Source of the DNA: Lepidodermella squamata
Taxonomy: Eukaryota > Animalia > Gastrotricha
DNA: 64,000 bases
Reading direction: 5' to 3'
NCBI GenBank assembly: GCA_047495785.1
Contig: JBLDXI010000024.1
Location: forward strand, 310,001 to 374,000
The notes below the pieces were generated by a model. It had not been told where the DNA came from, made no database searches, and saw nothing but the letters and a program-made list of their open reading frames with translations. Positions 57,030 through 64,000 of this stretch are shown one piece after another. Both the position numbers and the translations under genes were made by a program. Position 1 is the first letter of the stretch; each line of letters begins with the position of its first letter.

Positions 57030-57635
57030 ATGAGGGCTCTAAGCTGCCTGGTGTTAGCTATGATAACGGCTGGCTCGTCTTATTCGGCTAAGTTTATAGA
57101 GACAATTGATGAAGCATCTAGCGGAGCAGAGCCGGTGATTAGAGGCGTATTCGCTGCATCTTTACTCGACGGTATTTTTTTATCCATTGTAGCCTTTTTG
57201 ATGATTTCATTATTAACAGCTGAGATCGATTCAACCACCTTTGCAGTTGAAACTTCAACTACAATAGATCCTTTGAGCTTGTTCCCCGCGGCGGAAGACG
57301 ATGAGAGTGAACAAGACACCGCTGATCGCATGTTTAGGGAGCATCGAACAACGGACCCATTAGTGTATGGGCCAACAACTCCCTCAACGACAGCCAGTAA
57401 GCCATCTACCACAACAAACGTCCCAGTCATTGACAATACAGCACGCAATCTCGCCGGGAATATTGAGCAGAAATTCGACGGCATCGTCGCCACTGCGAAA
57501 ATCGAGGCGAAACGAGTCGTATCATCGGCGGTCAGAAACGTTGTGAACTCAAGCGTGAAGGTTCATAGCTCGACATCATTATTGGCTAGTCTATGCGTCG
57601 CGATAGCTGTTGTTTCTTCATTGCGATCATTCTGA
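57030..57635 (+). CDS. Small mucin/proteoglycan-like surface protein with GPI-type C-terminus
   Basis: Signal peptide; acidic DEASSG (possible GAG site); Ser/Thr-rich middle; ends SLLASLCVAIAVVSSLRSF*; probable in-frame 48-nt intron 57172-57219; AATAAA at about 57763. Confidence 0.75.
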   Translation: MRALSCLVLAMITAGSSYSAKFIETIDEASSGAEPVIRGVFAASLLDGIFLSIVAFLMISLLTAEIDSTTFAVETSTTIDPLSLFPAAEDDESEQDTADRMFREHRTTDPLVYGPTTPSTTASKPSTTTNVPVIDNTARNLAGNIEQKFDGIVATAKIEAKRVVSSAVRNVVNSSVKVHSSTSLLASLCVAIAVVSSLRSF

Positions 57636-57906
57636 ATTTCCCATCGCTTAGGACGGTGAAAATCACAACCTTTTGAAAAGCTGTTAAATCTTTCTGAGAA
57701 AGCATAAATACGTAGATTAATTGTAATTAGTAGGTCATATGTGCTGCGCTGAAATTGAAGTAAATAAAAACTGATTGATTTGTCATTATTTCACACGTTT
57801 GATTGGTTTGATGTGTACCGTGAACCGTGAGATTTGAAAATTGATCTCTAAGAGGAGAAGATATATCTATATACTACACATATCTTTTGAAATCTATCGA
57901 ACATAA

Positions 57907-58182
57907 ATGCCTAATTTGGTAAGTTGTGATACCATTGACTTGACGAAATTTTGTCGAATTTTCCAGAAGTTTCCGGCTATTTTGGGAGTCACTATGCCGC
58001 TACTCACGGCGATTTACGCTGACTATCGATCGCCTGGATTCTGGGTAGTTTGCCTCTTTGCTGGATTGATGATCGCTATTTCCGTCCGTCGGCATCTCTT
58101 CGACGAAAACGACGAAATTCCAGTGCGTATAACACGCCGAACACAGGAATTGAAGTCTAGTGAAACTAAGAAAACTGATTGA
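57907..58182 (+). CDS. Small (about 75 aa) membrane microprotein of unknown family
   Basis: ATG CCT AAT TTG|gtaagt...ccag| (48-nt intron 57919-57966); two hydrophobic segments, then a charged tail; AATAAA at about 58246. Confidence 0.6.
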   Translation: MPNLVSCDTIDLTKFCRIFQKFPAILGVTMPLLTAIYADYRSPGFWVVCLFAGLMIAISVRRHLFDENDEIPVRITRRTQELKSSETKKTD

Positions 58183-58356
58183 ACATGTTTTCTAATTCTT
58201 GTTTTCTGCACCGAAAAGTTGTGTTGTAACCTATGACTCGCTGGCAATAAAAAGTAATAATTGATATGAATTATTGCGTTCCTTTACTTATACATCGGGC
58301 CCAAAAAATAGACGTTATTGGCACGGCTGAAGCCGGCGCCCCCAAACTGCGCCTGG

Positions 58357-58457
58357 GGCCATAAAAGCGCGCGCCCACCTGTCAGCGCGTCACGTTCACA
58401 GCCGTAATAACTTATACTAGCTGCGCCATAAATTTTGACCGCGAGAAGTTTTATGGG
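58357..58457. promoter_or_regulatory. Cluster of Cdx/posterior-Hox-type TTTATGG sites upstream of the collagen gene
   Basis: GGCCATAAAA 58357-58366, CGCCATAAA 58424-58432, TTTTATGGG 58449-58457. Confidence 0.35.
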
Positions 58458-58648
58458 CCCTAGCGGTGCCGCTCGCCATACCGTTGGCTACAACGGAATG
58501 ATGTAGCCGCCCGAAATGTTGTGGTATTATTAGCCGCAATACTTGATAATATATCAACCCTAGAGCGCAACGCATCGCGGTAGATGGTTGCCGATTGCGA
58601 GTGAGTAAACGAGTTCAATCAGCGTAAATTTTTGTGACGCGGTGCACA

Positions 58649-61600
58649 ATGAATTTGATTTGTGCACTCAGCTACCTTAATGCTATCATCATTCTTTCTT
58701 CCGGCCAAAGTTTAGTCACGCCATCAGTTGGTAAGTCCCAAACCGCGATGCGTCATTTTGATTCCGAGACTTTCTTTAATTATAGAAGTGAGCTATTTCA
58801 GCCGCCCTATAGCTGACACTTGCAGCATTACCGGCTGTCCAGCTGACCTTTCGTTTCCTCCATGTGGCAACAGTACCCACAAGGGCGAGAAGGGCGACAG
58901 AGGTGATCCCGGTGATAGAGGAGCCGGTGGCGAGCGGGGAGCGGATGGACCAGTTGGTGAACAAGGCGAAAAGGGTGAAATAGGCAACCCTGGACCTCAG
59001 GGTGAACAAGGCGCCAAAGGAGACGATGGAGAACGAGGCGATGCTGGCGAGCTAGGATTCGCTGTAAATTTATTTTCGCACATATCACCGAATCTTTACA
59101 TATGCTATTTTTCAGGGAGACAACGGACGGGCACTTCAAGGTGATCCGGGTGAACCTGGTGACGTTGGTGTTCCGGGAGAGCGTGGTCCTCAAGGCCCGG
59201 CTGGATGTCAGGGCGAGCAAGGTGACCAAGGCGAACGAGGTCCGAAAGGCAGTATCGGCAGTGTCGGGTTGAATGGGGAGCGCGGTCCGAAAGGCGACCA
59301 AGGACCGCAAGGTGACCAAGGCGGTATTGGTCGGCCCGGTGAGTCATTTTTCTCAAGACCTAACCTTGACAATGAATATAAATTTAGGCCCACGAGGACC
59401 AGCTGGGCCGAAAGGGCAGCGAGGTGAGGAAGGGGAAGTTGGCGTCAAAGGTGAGAAAGGAACCCCAGGCGCCCGCGGATCCTTAGGCCTCCGAGGCCCT
59501 AAAGGCCCCCGAGCCAAAGTGGTCAACGGCAAGAATCTGGAAGGCGATAAAGGAGACCAGGGTGATTCAGCCGTATGCAATAAAATACCTGATCGTGAGG
59601 GTGAGAAGGGCGATAAAGGCGATCACGGTCCGCCCGGGCTCAAGGGCCATAAAGGCCAGTCAGGAAGACCCGGTAAGCAAGGCACGTGCCTTTACAGCCA
59701 AGTTACATTCGCCGACATTATCTACCCTCCGCATGCGTATGGCGATCGAGGAGCGCCAGGTCCACTTGGTCGGGGTGCGAAAGGACCGAAAGGAGAGCCC
59801 GTATGTTACTTCGAGTACTCTCATCGCCAATAACTTATTTTGAGCACATAGGGTACATGTGACGATTCGACCTGCCACTGCAAGAAAAATTGTGCTGACG
59901 AAACTGAACGTAAGTTAAAACTAGTTTTATATCTGGCCAAATTACGGCTTATTTTTGTGCAGCCATTTACGAGGAATGCAGAGATAATTTCAATTGTCTG
60001 AACTCGCCGCCCGAAATCGGTGACAACATCGGCAAGCGAGGTCACCCAGGTCGCCCTGGTTCGAAGGGTGACACCGGCCCGCCTGGCCAAGGCTTGAGAG
60101 GTCCCAAGGGTGAGCGTGGCCCTGTTGGAAACCCGTGGCCCGAAGGAAAGCTGTGCGAATGCTGCCCTGATTGTCTGAGATTCGCCAATACCGAAACTTA
60201 CGCTGTTCATTCGTAATTATCTAAATCCCTACCTTAAAAATGTAATGGCCTACTCGTTATTTTTAGGGTGACACCTACGGAAACCCCTAAATGTTACGAC
60301 AGTGATATGGAGCTGTATCGTGGCTACAGTCTCATGCACTACGCTTCATACACACCTTCGCCAACAGTCTCGCAAGACTTGGGTAAGTGATTCTGCCAAA
60401 TAACTATTTCTTTGATGTTTTTTATCTTTCAGGGGACATCGGATCTTGCGTTCCAAATGGCAAGGAAAACGACTTCGCTGCTGTCCCTTTCCAAAGCTGT
60501 TCATCTAGCGAAGAAAAGTGTCGCTTTGCCGAGCGTCGACCGGTGGTTTTATGGCTTTCGAACAGCACAGGAAGTAAGACTCCGAGCATGACGAAATCTT
60601 CACATTTCTAATGCGTCTTTTTTAGGCGAGGGCGTGGGTATGCTCAATGCCGCAGATACCGAGAAGCATGTCAGTCGATGCGTTGCCTGCCGTAGTCGAG
60701 GGGGCGTATTCTTTGTCAATCACACCTTGTCTAAGGAGGAACCAACATGCCCAGACATCACCGAACTTTGGAAAGATCGTTACGGCGGCTTGACTCGCTG
60801 GGAATGGAAGTTGCGTTACACTGGACTTACTTGGGTTATGGTGAGGATCAAGCTTTAAGAAATATCCTGAAACTTGGAATATGTTTATTTTGAGTTTAGT
60901 ATCAATCAAACGATGTCCACGGTGGTAACATGCTTCAGAGCCCTGGATCTTGCTTCCCTGGCGCGTTTAGCAGCACGTTATTTTACGAATGTCAGGGGCC
61001 TGATCGTTGCTACAACCGATTCGGTGAATTCAAAAAGTTTGTTAACCGAAGACATTGAAAAATCTCGAATTGAAGGCATTTCGTTTACGATTAGCTTTTG
61101 GATGATGAATGCAGATGAGGCGAACCGCAGGTTTTACGCCATGAATACCTCAACACCGACCTCACCTACGGGTAAATATCGACGTGAAGACGTATCTCCC
61201 CTCAAAGATTCAGGAATCCTCGCTCGATGCGCTGTTTGGTAAGGATTTAGGTTAAGACAATTGATTATAACTGATGGATTTAAATGCAGTGAACTTGTGC
61301 CTCCGGTTTGTACCAGCTGCAAGATGCCTCATTCTACTGGTTAGTTTATCCATCGATCCGAATCTTATCACCTTAGTCGTTGATAACTTATAGATCACCA
61401 GCTGGATACTTCAGCTGTCAAGTACGTGATGCATTCTCAACGTGCTGGTGGCGACGAGAGCGTGCCAAAATGTTCTGACGAAGCCGACCCGTCCGAGGAA
61501 ACGAAGCCTTTGTGGAGCGGTTACAGTCTTCTCCAAGTTGGCGACAAAATAACGTCGGATCTCGGCGTAACCAGCTCTTGCGTGGCTGATTTCGATAGCG

Positions 61601-62186
61601 CCTCTAATGCCCGATCGGCGAGCAGTGCCGTTAAGGAAAGCACATGGCTAGCTGGTCGCAGCGTTAACGATGAAGATATCAGCATGGACGATGCGCCGAA
61701 ATCAGCCGTGAGCCGCTGTGCCGTCTGTGTATCCCGCTACCCGGTCATCGTGCTACACTCGACTGCTGAAGACGTTGAATCAAAGGGGCCTGACTGCCCG
61801 GATGTCACCGACATAGTGCTGTGGCAGGGTTTCTCGCTGTTGAGCGTCTCTCGTCAGAATAATACCAAACAGGTTGCGTTTTCGACAAGCACTGGTTCGT
61901 GTCTTCGCGACATCACTGACGGGGCTTGTGCTTTGGAATGCTCTGCCGATGGCAAAATTTGCAAGGCCTCGAACTCCACAAAATGGTACGTGAACTTTTA
62001 GCTTCAAAATTTGTTATATATTTGATCGATTTCAGCCACTGGTCACTGCGGCGAAACCATCCGATGTTCGATTCTATAATTCGCACCGGGAAACTGCCGG
62101 AGAATCCTGGCGAGCGGTTAACTTACGATTGGACCCCATTTATGGGTCGGTGTACAGTATGCGCTATCAAATCGGCTGCAATTTAG
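58649..62186 (+). CDS. Short-chain collagen IV/spongin-related protein with about 90 Gly-X-Y triplets and four C4 repeats (two tandem NC1 domains)
   Basis: Signal peptide; N-terminal Cys segment; interrupted Gly-X-Y region. C4 repeats: VHS...LYRGYSLM...QDLGDIGSC...VSRCVAC; VNH...QSPGSC...LARCAVC; MHSQ...LWSGYSLL...VSRCAVC; LHS...LWQGFSLL...STGSC...MGRCTVC. All joined in one frame by short GT-AG introns; AATAAA at about 62325. Confidence 0.88.
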
Positions 62187-62790
62187 ATGGGTGTGTCGCG
62201 TCTTAGGAATGATTTCATGCATATCGCCTGTTTTTTGCTACAAATTGTATGTACCTCTCTGTCGTTGTTTTTTTTTGTCACTTCCGTCGAGTTTCCACAT
62301 ATAGGCCCAGTAAATTTACACTCAAATAAAAGTAACCAACATTTATCAAAATTCTCATCCGATTTATTCAACGACCGAGATGTCAAGCAGTAGAAAATTG
62401 GCAGGTTCCAAATCATTACCGATGTTGTCGATAATGTCAACTTTCGAATATTATATTCACATGCGAAACTCAAAAAACGAGAATAGTAATGTAAATTATC
62501 AATATTTATTATATCGATGTGCTGCCGAGCAAGAGAGAGATAGGTAGAGAGAGACACGGGGATGGCATCGACAAGAATTACAAATGTAAATAAAACAGGA
62601 TTACGCACCGTTTCCTAGAAGAGAAACCGATAATACTTACAGGGCAGAAGAATTCGAGAAGGAAGATTGGCGCATAACAACAATTCAACAATTTATAGTA
62701 GCAAAGCGAACACACATATTACGCGGGTCAATTTTGTGACTTGATTTTTTGTCCAATAAAACGAATTATAGGTATATAAACAACCATATT

Positions 62791-64000
62791 TCAGCTAACA
62801 TTAGTTGTAGCAGCGATAGCCTGGTTGCCACCTGTTGCCGATGAATTGCCAGTCGCGCTCGACGACGCATTAGCCCCAGACGCGTTGTCCTGGTTGCGAC
62901 GCCGGCGACAGAAGCGTTTGTGTTCGTGGTACCAGTGTTCCTGTTGGCAATGCTGGCTGCAATACGCCGTGTTCCAGCAGCACGGGAAAAACGCTTCTTG
63001 GGAGCAATTGACGCACCACTGCTTCTTCTTGACCGCCGCAATCTCTTCAACCTGCTGCCGCTGTAATTTAGCGGTTTCTTCCGCCATTCTCCGCTCAGCC
63101 GTTGCCTGGTCGTTCCGCCTCTCGGCATCGAACTTCTCCTGCATTTGCTTCATTTTACTCTCGAATTCACGCTTCACCTCAACTAGTTTCCGTTCATACG
63201 CTTCGGCACACAAACTACCAGGTGGGCAAGGACCTGTTGATTTGGGCGGTGCAAGCGGAGGAGGGGACGAATGGGCGATCGGCTCGTTTTTCCCTAAATT
63301 GTGGTTTGAGTGGCGAGTCGTTGAGGAAATCGATCGTGCGATAGGTTCGGGTTTAGTCTCCGCTTTCGAGGCTACAGGTGCGTGCGATATACTACGATTA
63401 GTCACCGGCATGATCGGCGAAAGACTTGCGGGAGGTGCCACAACAACTGGGTCAGGTTTTGAGCGAATTTGAGGTGAATGATGCTTTTTTGAAGGCGGTG
63501 CTTCGGCGGCAGAGGAAGGCAGACTTGAACGCTGAGATGATCGAGTCGGCTTTTCATCGCCGTTTTGCGGCTGTTTCGAAGGTTTCACAGCAGTAGCAGG
63601 CTTTTCGGGTAATACAACAGGCTTCTCTGATTCAGCTGGTTTTAATGATCTCCGAGCTGAGGAACTAGTTTTTGGCATCGAGATTTCTTTTGTTAGAACA
63701 GGCAACGCGGGGCTACTAGCAATTATAGCCTCACTGACACTGGCGTCGCGAGAATCGTCGGCGGCCATCGAATTGCTGTTGGTTGGGGTCGGAGTGGATC
63801 GCACCGAAGTCGTAGAAATGCTCTTCCCACGAGCTTTTTTCGCCTTTCCATTACCGCTTGGCACCATCAACGCTGCTTTCTTCGACTTCTCTGTTTCAAT
63901 AGCCGCTCTCCAGTCGGAAACTGCCCACAACGCGTCAACAATTGGTGAAAATTTAGCCGGTCCATCGGAGAGAAATTTTTGCAGCACAGCTAACTCGTCC
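62791..64000 (-). CDS. ZMYND11: ZMYND11/BS69-like chromatin reader, 3' terminal part (5' end outside window)
   Basis: Coiled coil followed by [45 protein letters not shown], matching the ZMYND11-type MYND finger. The frame is open to the window edge. Confidence 0.85.
   Translation of the reverse strand, partial: DELAVLQKFLSDGPAKFSPIVDALWAVSDWRAAIETEKSKKAALMVPSGNGKAKKARGKSISTTSVRSTPTPTNSNSMAADDSRDASVSEAIIASSPALPVLTKEISMPKTSSSARRSLKPAESEKPVVLPEKPATAVKPSKQPQNGDEKPTRSSQRSSLPSSAAEAPPSKKHHSPQIRSKPDPVVVAPPASLSPIMPVTNRSISHAPVASKAETKPEPIARSISSTTRHSNHNLGKNEPIAHSSPPPLAPPKSTGPCPPGSLCAEAYERKLVEVKREFESKMKQMQEKFDAERRNDQATAERRMAEETAKLQRQQVEEIAAVKKKQWCVNCSQEAFFPCCWNTAYCSQHCQQEHWYHEHKRFCRRRRNQDNASGANASSSATGNSSATGGNQAIAATTNVS

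Noticed and set aside
57030-62186. Possible trans-spliced operon of three co-oriented genes
   Set aside because: Each gene has its own poly(A) signal, and no clear outron acceptors are evident; needs SL-read data.
54357-63472. Long antisense ORFs over the Cys-repeat, collagen and ZMYND11 genes
   Set aside because: Shadow frames of repetitive or biased coding sequence.

Overview
Eukaryotic (metazoan, probably compact-genome bilaterian invertebrate) genomic DNA, not prokaryotic. Genes are split by very short GT-AG introns (mostly about 47-67 nt), so the six-frame ORF track fragments real genes, and most ORFs in 1-24.9 kb and 38-48.4 kb look spurious. All gene models below were spliced by hand. 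Layout: (i) 1-24.9 kb is CpG-rich, largely non-coding, probably introns/regulatory DNA of a minus-strand gene that leaves the window; it holds one clear acidic coding exon and a TA-flanked Tc1/mariner-type MITE. (ii) 25-37.7 kb is a dense cluster: tetraspanin A, a tandem active-trypsin plus pseudoprotease gene, tetraspanin B, a GPI-type LDLa-repeat protein, an atypical class A GPCR, a tail-anchored acidic coiled-coil protein and a stand-alone pseudoprotease. (iii) 38-48.5 kb is non-coding, followed by a 3-Ig GPI-anchored protein whose stalk carries candidate 9/30/93-nt symmetric cassette exons. (iv) 54-64 kb holds a Kunitz plus 8-Cys-repeat secreted protein, two small membrane proteins, a short collagen IV/spongin-like chain with four C4 repeats (two tandem NC1 domains), and the 3' end of ZMYND11. 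The most unusual items are the double-NC1 short collagen, the microexon-tuned Ig stalk and the protease/pseudoprotease pair.
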